The position numbers and the translations under genes are program-made. A DNA stretch of 64,000 nt from Bacillota bacterium. Lineage in GTDB: Bacteria > Bacillota > Clostridia > Acetivibrionales > DSM-1351. Position 1 is the stretch's first letter; each line of letters starts with the position of its first letter. Under the pieces are notes generated by a model. It was not told where the DNA came from and searched no databases. It saw only the letters and a list, made by a program, of their open reading frames with translations. The DNA is taken from assembly GCA_023412275.1 (NCBI GenBank), contig JAEYNY010000115.1, forward strand, positions 402 through 64,401. The letters are read 5' to 3'. This document shows positions 36,387 through 48,200 of the stretch, piece by piece.

Positions 36387-37180
36387 TTGACCTATTAAAT
36401 ATTGAAAAAGTCACTATTGAAAATATAAAGGAAGAATCCAACAAAGTAAAGACATTGGTATTGAAGCCAGAAAGAAATATTTTGTTCAAACCAGGGCAGT
36501 TTATTTTATTGTCGAGATTAGGGGTTGGAGAATCACCATTTGCCATTTCATCAAATCCTTTAAACAATGAATTATTTGAGGTTAGTGTTCAGAGGGTAGG
36601 AAAAAACACTTCTGCTATTCATGAACTTGATAAGGGTGAGACTATTTGGTATAGAGGGCCATACGGTAATTACTTTCCAGTAGAGCAATGGATTGGGAAA
36701 AAAATTGTCATTATTGCAGGTGGTATTGGTATTGCCCCACTGAGGTCACTTTTATATAGCCTTTTGAGCAATAGACAATCTTATGATGAGATAACACTAC
36801 TCTATGGGGCCAATACAAGTGAAATGATTATTTACAAGGACGAGCTTGATAAATGGAAGAAAGATATTTCTGTTCACATTATTACTGAATTTGTTGAGAA
36901 TGAGAACTTAGGTGTTAAAAAAGGATTAGTAACTAATCTGATCGATGATTTAAACGTAGATGTAAATAATTGCATAGCCGTTATCTGCGGGCCCAGACAA
37001 ATGTGTTTTTCCAGCGCAGAATTACTAAAAGCTAAGGGAATGTGCGACTATAACATTTTTGTATCTCTTGAAATGAAAATGAAATGCGGAATTGGAGTTT
37101 GTGGAAGGTGCAATATTAATCATAAATACGTATGTAAAGATGGACCAATTTTTTGCCTTGGAGAGGATTTTTTAATTTAA
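36383..37180 (+). CDS. flxA: FAD/NAD-binding [2Fe-2S] oxidoreductase (AsrB/PyrK-like), FlxA
   Basis: FKPGQF, GESPFAISS, RGPYGNYF, AGGIGIAP, CGP, MKCGIGVCGRC...VCKDGPIF. Confidence 0.85.
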   Translation: MIDLLNIEKVTIENIKEESNKVKTLVLKPERNILFKPGQFILLSRLGVGESPFAISSNPLNNELFEVSVQRVGKNTSAIHELDKGETIWYRGPYGNYFPVEQWIGKKIVIIAGGIGIAPLRSLLYSLLSNRQSYDEITLLYGANTSEMIIYKDELDKWKKDISVHIITEFVENENLGVKKGLVTNLIDDLNVDVNNCIAVICGPRQMCFSSAELLKAKGMCDYNIFVSLEMKMKCGIGVCGRCNINHKYVCKDGPIFCLGEDFLI

Positions 37181-37224
37181 GAAATCCTCTAGTACAAGAT
37201 ATACAAAGGGTTTACTAACCTCTA

Positions 37225-37599
37225 TTACCCGCCCAAATACTCCTCATACTGGGAAGTAAAATACTCTATTTTATGAGTAACTTTTTTTAGATGGTTATGC
37301 ATTTCCTCAATCTGACTTTCTACGGTCTTTTTATGCTCTATGAGCATATCACAACGCTGCTTCAGGGTTTCCTTTCCCTGAGCGCTCAGTGCCACGAATT
37401 CTCTGATCTGCTTAATAGACATTCCGGTATTCTTGAGGCAACAGATAAGACCCAGCCATTCAAGGTCTTCTTCAGAATACCGACGTATTCCGCTTTCGCT
37501 TCGGGATACATTAGGGAGAAGTCCTTCTCTTTCATAATAGCGTAAAACATGGGCTTTTAAATTTATCTTTTCAGATACTTGCTTTATAGAATAGTCCAT
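37225..37599 (-). CDS. MerR-family regulator, AdhR/NmlR type
   Basis: YSIKQVSE, LRYYEREGLL, RSESGIRRY, ICCLKNTGMSI; divergent from an ADH gene. Confidence 0.9.
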   Translation of the reverse strand: MDYSIKQVSEKINLKAHVLRYYEREGLLPNVSRSESGIRRYSEEDLEWLGLICCLKNTGMSIKQIREFVALSAQGKETLKQRCDMLIEHKKTVESQIEEMHNHLKKVTHKIEYFTSQYEEYLGG

Positions 37600-37629
37600 C
37601 AAAGTTTCTCCTGTATTTTAAAATTGCTA

Positions 37630-37660
37630 TTGACTTAAAGTTTACGTTAAGGTTTACAAT
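37630..37660 (+). promoter_or_regulatory. MerR-type promoter (19-nt spacer) with AdhR-like operator
   Basis: TTGACT-19 nt-TACAAT; dyad CTTAAAG-TTTA-CGTTAAG resembles AdhR box CTTAAAG-N4-CTTTAAG. Confidence 0.85.
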
Positions 37661-37783
37661 TTTATTATACTTAAAATATTATGTTTCATCAACATCCTAA
37701 TTGAAGATGGGGCTAAATAATTAAGGTAAAAAATCAGTATAATATTCTTGAAAAATAATAGTAAGAGAGAAAGGAAAATGACT

Positions 37784-38959
37784 ATGCTAAACTTTGATAT
37801 GCATCTACCCACACGTATTATATTTGGTAAGGACACTCAAAAGGAAATAGGAAGTTTAATTAAACCATATACAAAAAAAGCACTTTTACATTATGGCGGA
37901 AATAGTATCAAGAAAAGCGGACTATACGATCAGGTAGTTGCTTCTCTTAAGGAAAATAACATAGAATTTGTTGAACTGGGTGGAGTAGTTCCCAACCCAC
38001 GTTTATCTTTAGCTGAAGAAGGAGCCGAACTTTGTAAAAAAGAAGGTGTAGACCTGATACTTGCAGTAGGAGGCGGAAGCGTAATAGACTCTGCAAAGGC
38101 CATAGCACTAGGCGCATGCAATGATGATATATGGAAGTTTTATGAAGAGGGCGGTGAAATTAAAGCTGCTCTACCCGTTGCTACCATTCTGACAATACCG
38201 GCAGCAGGAAGTGAATCCAGCCCCCATACAGTAATCACCAACGAAGAAAAACAGATTAAAAAGGGATATGGTAGTAATTATCTTAAACCTGTTCTAAGTA
38301 TAGTAAACCCGGAATTGTTTTTTACACTTCCTAAAAATCAAATCGCTAATGGCGTAGCTGATATGATGAGCCATATTTTTGAGAGATATTTCACAAATAC
38401 CACTCATACAGACCTTACAGACGGCCTGTGTGAAACAACTCTTAAAACCATTATGAAAAATGCATTAATAGTTTCACAGAACCCTGAAAACTATCACGCA
38501 TGGTGTCAGGTTGGTTTTGGAGGCACTATTGCACATAATGATATATTGGGTCTCGGAAGAGCGCAGGATTGGGCTTGTCATGATATGGAACATGAATTGA
38601 GTGCCATATACGATATTGCCCATGGTGCAGGTCTCGCAATATTAACTCCTGCATGGATGCAGTATGTTTATAAGACAAACATTAATATGTTTGTACAGTT
38701 TGCTGTTAACGTAATGGGGGTAGAAAGCAGCTATCGTGACCCTGATGCAATTATGATGGAAGGAATCGCAAGACTCCGTGAATTTTATAAAAAAATGGGT
38801 CTCCCGGCAACTCTTACAGAAATCGGTATAGAAGAAAGCAAGTTCGAGCTTATGGCCCAAAAAGCTACCGGTGAGGCGTATGGAAAAGAACATTCAATCG
38901 GAGGCCTCAAAAAACTTTACTGGCAGGATGTACTTGAGATATACAAGCTTGCAAAGTAA
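37784..38959 (+). CDS. iron-containing alcohol dehydrogenase (BdhA/YqhD-like)
   Basis: PTRIIFGK, GGVVPNP, AVGGGSVIDSAK, TIPAAGSE, HDMEHELSA...HGAGL. Confidence 0.93.
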   Translation: MLNFDMHLPTRIIFGKDTQKEIGSLIKPYTKKALLHYGGNSIKKSGLYDQVVASLKENNIEFVELGGVVPNPRLSLAEEGAELCKKEGVDLILAVGGGSVIDSAKAIALGACNDDIWKFYEEGGEIKAALPVATILTIPAAGSESSPHTVITNEEKQIKKGYGSNYLKPVLSIVNPELFFTLPKNQIANGVADMMSHIFERYFTNTTHTDLTDGLCETTLKTIMKNALIVSQNPENYHAWCQVGFGGTIAHNDILGLGRAQDWACHDMEHELSAIYDIAHGAGLAILTPAWMQYVYKTNINMFVQFAVNVMGVESSYRDPDAIMMEGIARLREFYKKMGLPATLTEIGIEESKFELMAQKATGEAYGKEHSIGGLKKLYWQDVLEIYKLAK

Positions 38960-38986
38960 AAAACTATAATCAAATAACCGTTTGCT

Positions 38987-39035
38987 GCAAAACCCTAAAA
39001 TGCTTTATATAAAGCTTTTTGGGGTTTTGCTTTTT
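38987..39035 (+). terminator. intrinsic terminator
   Basis: GCAAAACCCTAAAATGCTTTA / TAAAGCTTTTTGGGGTTTTGC followed by TTTTT. Confidence 0.75.
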
Positions 39036-39069
39036 ATGTGTAATTATATTTGAACATTTATTATTTCAA

Positions 39070-39099
39070 TTGACACTTGAGACAAAAAAATAGTAGAAT
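39070..39099 (+). promoter_or_regulatory. sigma-A-type promoter for the hybrid NRPS-PKS
   Basis: TTGACA-18 nt-TAGAAT. Confidence 0.55.
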
Positions 39100-39261
39100 G
39101 TGGATATAAATGTAGAATAATGAAGAAATTTGAAGTATTCCAAAACATTAAATTAGCCCGTAATAATAATCTATTCTTTTACTTGGTCCATATGCATATT
39201 TGCACAATAACATACCAAAAGAAAACCGAGTCAGACTTTTATAAACCTTAGGAGGAATCCG

Positions 39262-42200
39262 ATGAAAAAACAATTTAAGAAAGCATATTTAAAGTTAAAT
39301 GAAAATGAATTGGTTCAGGATATGTTTGAATATAATGCCCTGTCAAGTCCGGAGAAAATCGCACTTATCACGTCAAAGGGAAAGGAATTTACTTATCGGG
39401 AACTGAATGAGAGAGCGAATCAGCTGGCGTGGAAACTAATTGAATCCGGGGTCAAAGAGAATGATTTGGTTGGTATAATGGCAAATAGAGACGAGAAAAT
39501 GATTGTTGCTATATTTGCTGTTTTAAAGGCAGGAGGAGCATATGTACCCATTGATCCCTGCTATCCAGCAGGGAGAATAGCTTCAGTAATTAAGGAGTGT
39601 AAGTTAAAGTTTCTCATTGGCAATAAAACTTTTGATGACTTTCATAATTGTTTTATTAACCTTGGTTTGGATGAAATTGATTTAGCGGCCGGGCGAAATA
39701 ATCCTAAGTGCAGAGGCAACAGGGATACCTTAGCATATGTTATTTTTACTTCCGGATCTACAGGAAAACCAAAAGGTGTGATGATAAAGCAGGATTCACT
39801 TCTGAACTTTATTTATGATACTAAAAACAGAAAACTGTTTCAAAGTAAGGATGACCGTACTATCTCCTTAACAACCATATCTTTTGATATATTTGCTTTT
39901 GAAACAATTGTACCTTTATGTCTGGGGTTATCGGTATATTTGGCGGATGAGAAGGAACAGCTGGATGTATCCATTGTATCAAACAAAATTGTAAAGCATA
40001 AAATTACACATCTAGTGAGTACCATATCAAGGTTGAAGGCTTTTGTTGAACACCCTGATTTTGCGCCTGCTCTTATCCAGTTAAAATATATTATGGGTGG
40101 GGGAGAAAACTATCCGGTAGAATTAATGAAGTATTTACAGATGAATACAAATGCCAAGCTGTATAATCTTTACGGGCCGACAGAGACAACGGTGTGGTCT
40201 ACAGTGAAGGATATTACCAGGGAAAATAGTATTACGGTAGGCAAACCTATAGCAAATACACAGATTTTTATATTAAATCCCGAAGGTAAGATACAGCCCC
40301 GCGGTGTGTCTGGTGAGGTTTGTATTGCAGGACGTGGTCTTGCAGCAGGTTATCTGAACAATCCAGGGGAAACCAATAGCAAATTTATCAAGACAGAAGA
40401 ACTTCCAGGAATTACCTTATATAGAACCGGTGACAGAGGACGTTTGTTGGAAAATGGTGAAGTGGATTTATCCGGAAGGTTGGATGATCAGGTAAAAATT
40501 CGAGGGTATCGGATAGAATTTGGTGAGATTGAAAACCAAGTCTTAGAAATTGAACAAATAGGAATGGCAGTGGTAAAGGATTATACAGACTCAAACGGAA
40601 ATAAGCAGCTAGCTCTGTTTTATTCCTTAAAAAAGAGTCATGAGCAGTCAAAATGTGATGAGATGTATGTGAGAACTTGCTTAAGGAAGAAACTTCCTGA
40701 TTATATGATACCCACATATATTGAAATGTTGGAGCAAATGCCGTGCCTGATTAGCGGGAAAATTGACCGCAGCAGACTGAAAATTAAAAAACCAGAACAA
40801 CAGGGGCAAGAATTTGAAGGTTGTGATTCAAATCTGGCAACAAGTTTACTTGCCATCTGGAAAGATGTATTGGATTCACAGAAAGTATCCAATAGGGACA
40901 ATTTTTTTGACATAGGCGGTAATTCCCTGGCACTGATGGAAGTAAAGAAACGAATCTATGAATTATTAGGCTATAATGTTTCCATAATGCAATTATTTGA
41001 ATATCCCACTATTGAAGCGTTAACTAACATGTTGAAAAAAAACAACAAAAACAATAGGCCAACTAAAGGTGATAATCCGGTTAAAAAAGAAAATGAAGCA
41101 ATAGCGGTCATAGGATTGGACTGTAGATTTCCTGGAGCAGATTGTCTCGATGAATTCTGGCTAAATCTTGTATCTGGAATTGAAAATATCACATTCTTTA
41201 CGGATGAGGAACTTGAAGAAGCTGGGGTGCCTCGGAATATTTATACTCAGAATAATTACGTTAAGGCAAAAGGTTATATTGAAGATGCTGAATATTTTGA
41301 TGCAGATTTCTTTGGTTACTCATATAAAGAAGCCAATAGGATGGACCCACAACATAGGATATTTCATCAATGCGTTTGGAGGGTGTTGGAAAATGCCGGT
41401 TACAATCCATATGAATATGAAGGTAGGATTGGGTTATTTGCAGGCAGTAGTTCCAATTTGCAATGGATGAGCCGTTTTGTTCAAAATGATTCCATGGACT
41501 ATTTTGAAATGATGACATTGAATGATAGGGATTTTCTAACCACCAGAATTTCATATAAATTAAATTTAAAAGGCCCAAGCTTTAATGTACAAACAGCTTG
41601 TTCCACTTCTTTAGTAGCGATTCACCAGGCCATTGAATCAATTCGAAGAGGCGAGTCGGATATGGCCATTGCGGGGGGAGTCTCCATCACCTACCCAAGA
41701 AAAAGCGGATATCTATGGCATAATGGAATGATTTTCTCAAAAGACGGGCATTGTCGTCCGTTCACAGAGGAAGCATCGGGAACGGTTATGGGCAATGGGT
41801 GTGGTGCAGTTTTGCTTAAACCTCTTGAAAAGGCACTTATAGATGGAGATCATATCTATTCTGTAATAAAAGGTTCAGCAATAAACAATGACGGAAGTGA
41901 TAAAATCGGATATACTGCACCGGGGATATCAGGACAGAGAAGTGTTATAGAGAGTGCACTTGCGCAAGCTGGAGTGACTTCTGACCAGATCAAGTATGTT
42001 GAGACACATGGAACCGGAACACTGTTGGGCGATCAAGTAGAGCTTGAAGCATTAAGACAAGCCTTTCAAAGTGATAAGGCAGGGTATTGCGCCATCGGAT
42101 CCGTGAAAGGAAATATAGGACATTTAGAGGTGGCGTCAGGTGTAGCAGGTTTTATTAAGACAGCACTTATGTTGCATAACAGAGTAATCCCTCCATTTAT

Positions 42201-45200
42201 AAACTTCTCGAGTATTAATCCGCACATTGATTTGATAGAAAGTCCCTTTTATATTAATACAGAATTAAAAACAATGAATGAAGATAAGGAAGTATTTCGG
42301 GCAGGAGTAAGTTCATTCGGTATTGGTGGAACCAATGCCCACATCATTCTGGAAGAACCACCTCGTTATTTGGAAATTGAAAGGGAGGACGATCTTAATC
42401 TCCTTTTATTCTCCGCCAAAAGTGAGACTGCCTTGATGAATACATCAAAAGCTGTTATTGATTATCTTATTGAAATTCAAAAATTAAATTTATCCGATGC
42501 CGCATGGACGTTACAAATTGGCAGAAGGCATTTTGAACACAGAAAGGCTGTTGTAGTCTGCAGACGGGATTTCTATGAAAAGAACCCGGATAATCTTGTT
42601 TACCATACAGGATATAACCCGGATAATTCCATACAAACAGTTGTTGTGATAGTGCCGGATATGCAAAGCTATTATAAATCCATGGGGAAAGGTATCATGG
42701 ATTCAGGAAATGACAGGATACCGAAAATATACCGGATATATTTTAAGGAAGTGTTATCATACCTTGAATGGGGTCTTAGAGAAGATTTTATGGCTTTTAT
42801 TCAAGAAGATAAAGAATTTGGTTCAGATAAAAGCAAGGTTTTTCAACGGCTATCAGTATTTGCCTATGGATATTGTCTTACCAAGACCCTCCTTGAGTTT
42901 AGCGATATGCCGGCAGCCTTTTTGACAGCAGATATTGGCAAACTAAGTGTCCTGACGGCACTTGATGTGGTTCCTTTGAAAGATGCAATAGCCATTATAT
43001 TAAGGGATGAACTGTCATCTGTCCCGGGAAATGTTACTTCGATACCTGTGTTTTCCAATAAAGTTGATTGTGAAGAAAATTGTGGTAAATGTGTGTATAT
43101 AGCATTAGAGGACAGTATACGGAATGAATATAGCTCCTTTTATAATGTACTTGCCCAATTGTGGTGTTCCGGGATTGAGTTAAACTGGGAGAGACTCAAA
43201 GGAACCGGGAGAAGATTCAGGGTTGCATTGCCCGGTTATGTGTTTGATAAAAAAAGTTTTGATAGTGAGGCATTTTTGCAGGACGGAAGTCGGAAATCTG
43301 ATAATATAGCGGTGGATAGTCAGAAGGAACCCCATGATTTTACACAAGAAGGCATTAGAAATGTTCTGAAGGATATTTGGTTGGAGACACTAGGTGTAAA
43401 AGAACTAAATGATTCGGATGATTTTTTTGAATCAGGGGGACATTCGTTAAATGCCATCATGTTAATATCAAAGGTACAACATGAGATAGGTATCGAGCTG
43501 ACACTGAAAGAAATGTTTGAATATTCCGTTTTTCAGAAGATGGTAGATAGTATTTATTCTAATCTTGAGAACATGAGAACAATACCCGTGTTAAAGCCCG
43601 ATGAAGAAAGGAACTATTATCCTGCGTCTTTTGCCCAAGAACGTATATATGCGGTTAATGGACTATTAGGTGATGAACTACCATATAACGTATCTTCAGC
43701 ATACCTTCTTAATGGGAGCTTAGACTTAAACAGGCTGAAAACGGCTTTTGAAAAATTAGTACAAAGACATGAAGCTCTTAGAACAAGATTTAATATAGTC
43801 AATGGCGAAGTGGTACAAATCATTGATGACCAGCTCGGTCTGGACATCGAATTTATAGCTGTAACAGAGGAAGAGGCAGAAGAAGAGCTTTATAAAGGTA
43901 TAAAAAAGTTTGATCTGGAGAAGGGGCCTTTGTTCAGGGTCAAAGTTATTTGTGTCTCTACGATAAAATATATCCTACTGATGGATATGCATCATATCAT
44001 CGGCGACCAAACTTCCGTTGATATATTGCTGAGGGATTTGGGTGATTTATATTCCGGAAGAAATCCGGAACCGCTGCCCATTCAATATAGAGATTTTTCA
44101 CAATGGCAGAGAAAGCAGGCTGAAATGCATAGTTTTGCAACTCAGCTTGAATATTGGAAAAACGAATATATGAATAGAATACCCGTTGCGGAACTCTTTA
44201 GTGATTTTCAAAGGCCAGCCATTATGGGATATGCCGGAGCATCAATTTCTTATAAATTTGACAAGGAATTTTCTGAAAAGATAAACCGGTTTATAAATAA
44301 TCATAAAATTACACCTTATATGCTGATGTTTTCGGCATTTAGCATGATACTTTCCATATATACGGGGCAAACGGATATGGTTATTGGTACTGCGGTTTCG
44401 GGACGACGTGACCTTGAGTTAAAAGATGTAGTTGGAATGTTTGTAAATATATTGGCCGTTCGGGTTAAAATCGATGATACCATGACAATTAGAGCTTTTT
44501 TACAATATATTAAAGAAAAATTAATAGGGGCTTATGAAAACCAGGACTGTCAGTATGATCAACTGCTTAATGAGCTTGATGAAATAAGAAATTTGTCCAG
44601 AAATGGTTTATATAATGTGTTGATTAACTATATTACTGTGGATATGGACGCTGTTTCAATTGAGGGTTTATCTGTCATTCCGAAGTACCTAAATGAGAAA
44701 TATGCAAAAACAGATCTGGCTTGCGATATCATTGATGAGAACGGGAGTTACACGGCAGTATTTGAATATTCTACAGCCTTATATAAACGGGAAACAATAG
44801 AAGCCTTATCTCAAAAATTTAGATATATTTTAATGTGTTTAATAGATCATGAAGACGAAAAAATAGAACAATTAACTTTAATCAGTTCAGAAGAAGCAGA
44901 TTGGCTTGCACACCAATTAAATAATACCAGCAGTAAGGCACCTTTAGAAAAAACGGTAATTGATATCTTCGAAGAATGTGTAGAGAAAAACGGTACAAAT
45001 ACTGCGATAGTGTGGAATAACCGGCAGATAAGTTATTTAGAGTTAAATAGTATGGTAAATAAGATGGCAGAAAAGCTGTGGGAGAGAAATGTCAGACACA
45101 TGGATAGAGTGGCTGTTTTATTGGAACAAGGTCTTTTACAGCTTGTGAGTATTTTGGGAATTCTTAAGTGTGGTGCGGTTTATGTTCCGTTGGATACTGA

Positions 45201-48200
45201 AAACCCGGACAACCGTATACAGTATATATTAGAGGACAGTTGCTGCAATCTGCTCATTTCCAGTTCTAAATGGATTAATAAAGTTAATGGCAAAGTGCCA
45301 TATATTTTGGAGGATAGTGATTACTATGAATCAGACGGAAAGATGGATTTAACAATAAAATTCTGTCATGCTCCAAAAGAGTCAAATGGTGATGACACCA
45401 TATATATTATTTATACCTCAGGTACAACAGGTAATCCAAAAGGTACTTTGATTTGTCATAAAGGTATTGTCCGACTGGTGAAGGACTGTAACCAAATGTC
45501 CTTTGAACCCACGGACCGATGTTTAAGATTATTAAATTATGCATTTGATTCTTCTGCTCTGGAAATCTTCGGAGCTTTGCTCAATGGAGCAAGCCTGTTT
45601 ATAGGTAATAAAAGTGAAGTATCAGATATTTCCAACCTGATAAAGATAATAAAGGACCAGAAAATATCTATACTCATCATAACTGCTACATTATTTCAAA
45701 TGATTGTGGATCAGGATGTAACCGCACTAAAAGGTCTTCGGAAAGTGCTCATCGGGGGTGAGACATTATCAGTGAGCCATATACGGCGAGCCTTAGAGGT
45801 CACCGGAAGCGGAAAACTGATTAACTCATATGGCCCCACGGAAACATCGGTAGCCGCCTGCAGTTATATGATTGATTCCGTTCCAGACAATGTAGTTTCT
45901 ATTCCAATCGGTAAAGCTATTTCAAATACCACAATCTACCTGATAGACAGGTTTGGACGTTTGGTTCCACCTAATGCACCGGGAGAAATCTATATAGGTG
46001 GAGAAGGTGTTGCCTCCGGATATATAAATAATATGGATTTAACAGCTGAAAAATTTATTGCCAATCCATACGGGGATGGCTTGTTATACCGGTCTGGAGA
46101 TCTTGCAAGAAGGCTTCTTGATGGAAATCTGGAATACTTGGGGCGAATGGATGAACAGGTAAAAATTCGTGGATACCGCATTGAAACAGGTGAAATTGAA
46201 GCTGCAATTAAAGCGATAGACGGCATTACTGATGCTGTTGTGGTTGTCCGTGAAGATGGCGATGATAAGAAAATTCAGGCATATTATGTATCAGGTAACG
46301 ATATTGAAAACGATCAAATAATCTCTGGAATATCCGGGATGTTACCGCACTATATGGTTCCCCAATACTTGATGCGGCTGGATGTATTGCCCCTTACTCG
46401 AAATGGAAAGCTTGACAAAAAGGCATTACCGGACATAAAGATTATCAATACACGTTTATATGAGGCACCGGGAACATGTATGGAGGAAATGGTTACCGAA
46501 ATGTTCAAAGACATACTGGGGATAGAACAGATAGGTGTTAACGATAATTTCTTTGAATTAGGAGGTCATTCCTTAAAGGCTACAAAATTGGTAAACCGTA
46601 TCGAATCAGAAACAGGAATACGTATTAGCGTGATAGATGCGATCAAAAGGGCAACGGTGAAATCCATTGCTGCTCTGCTAGAAAAAAGGTATGAATCAGA
46701 GGTATGTCATGAGGTAAGAGCTTCCATACAAAAGGCAGAAGAAAAAAGTACTTACCCCATGTCATCAGCGCAGAAACGCATTTATTTCATACAGATGATG
46801 GAACGTGGAACGGTATATAATATTTCTCAGTGTCTGAGGATATATGGAGAAGTTTCCCTTGATAAGCTGGAAGAAGCTTTGATCAAAATGACAGAACGCC
46901 ATGAAATACTAAGAACAAGCTTTGTCATGGATGAAGGAGAACCTGTGCAATGCATTCTTCAGGAGTGCCGCATGGATTTTGAATATATTAAAGATTTTGA
47001 GACAGAGGAATCAGTCCTGATTAATCAGCTTATACAGCCCTTTGACCTTGAAAACCCACCATTAATAAGGGCTAGACTTATAAAAAGAGACAGTCACCAT
47101 ATTTTGTTTATAGATATGCATCATATAATTGGAGATGGAATGAGTATTACAACATTTACTGATGAGTTCTGTTCTTTTTATAACGGGTGGGAAGTGGAGT
47201 ATCCGGCCCGACAATATAAGGATTACAGTGAATGGATGATTACCAAGGATATCAGCAAGCAGAAGGAATATTGGATTAATGAATTTCGGGATGAAGTAAC
47301 CTTGTTGGATATGCCTTTAGATTATCCAAGGCCGCATAAACAAAGTTATAATGGAGCAACGGTATTCAGAAAGACAGGTTACATTCTGGCTAATGGTATA
47401 AAGAAATTTGCAAAAGATACAGGAAGTACAGAATATATGGTATTCCTTGCAACGGTAATGATAGTACTAAGTAAGTATAGCCGACAGGAAGATATTGTAG
47501 TTGGAAGTCCCATTAGTGGGAGAACTCATCATGATACAGAGCATATGCTGGGTATGTTTGTAAATACCCTGGCAATGAGGGGAAAGCCTGAGCGAAACAA
47601 GAAATTTTCTTCGTTTATGGAAGAAATCAAGGAAAAGTGCCTAAAGGCATATGAGAATCAGGAATACCCATTTGAAGAACTTTTAGAGAACATAGACATA
47701 AAAAAAGATATGTCAAGAAATCCATTGTTTGATGTAATGCTTGTACTACAGAATAATGAAACAAGGGATTACCAATTAGGAGAAGCAACGGTAGAGAATG
47801 TGGATATAGAGAGCAAAGTGGCAAAATTTGATTTATCGTTCTCTATAAGTGAGGGAATAGAATGTTATGACATATTTGTAAATTACTGCACAGATATATA
47901 CAGTAAGGAAACGGCTGAGGGAATCATAGAGCATTATATGGTGGTTCTGGAACAGGTAATAAAGAAAAATGATATGCTTCTGGGAGAAATTGAAATGATT
48001 ACAGAGGCAGAACGGAAAATAATATCGGGGTTTAATAATTCTTCTAAACCATATATAGCCGAAAACACCGTAATTCAGCTATTTGAAGAACAAGTTGAAA
48101 GAACACCTTATAATATAGCTTTAGAATATGGGAAACGAACATTGACCTATAAGGAGCTTAATGAAAAAGCCAATAGCCTTGCATGGAAGTTAAGAGATAT

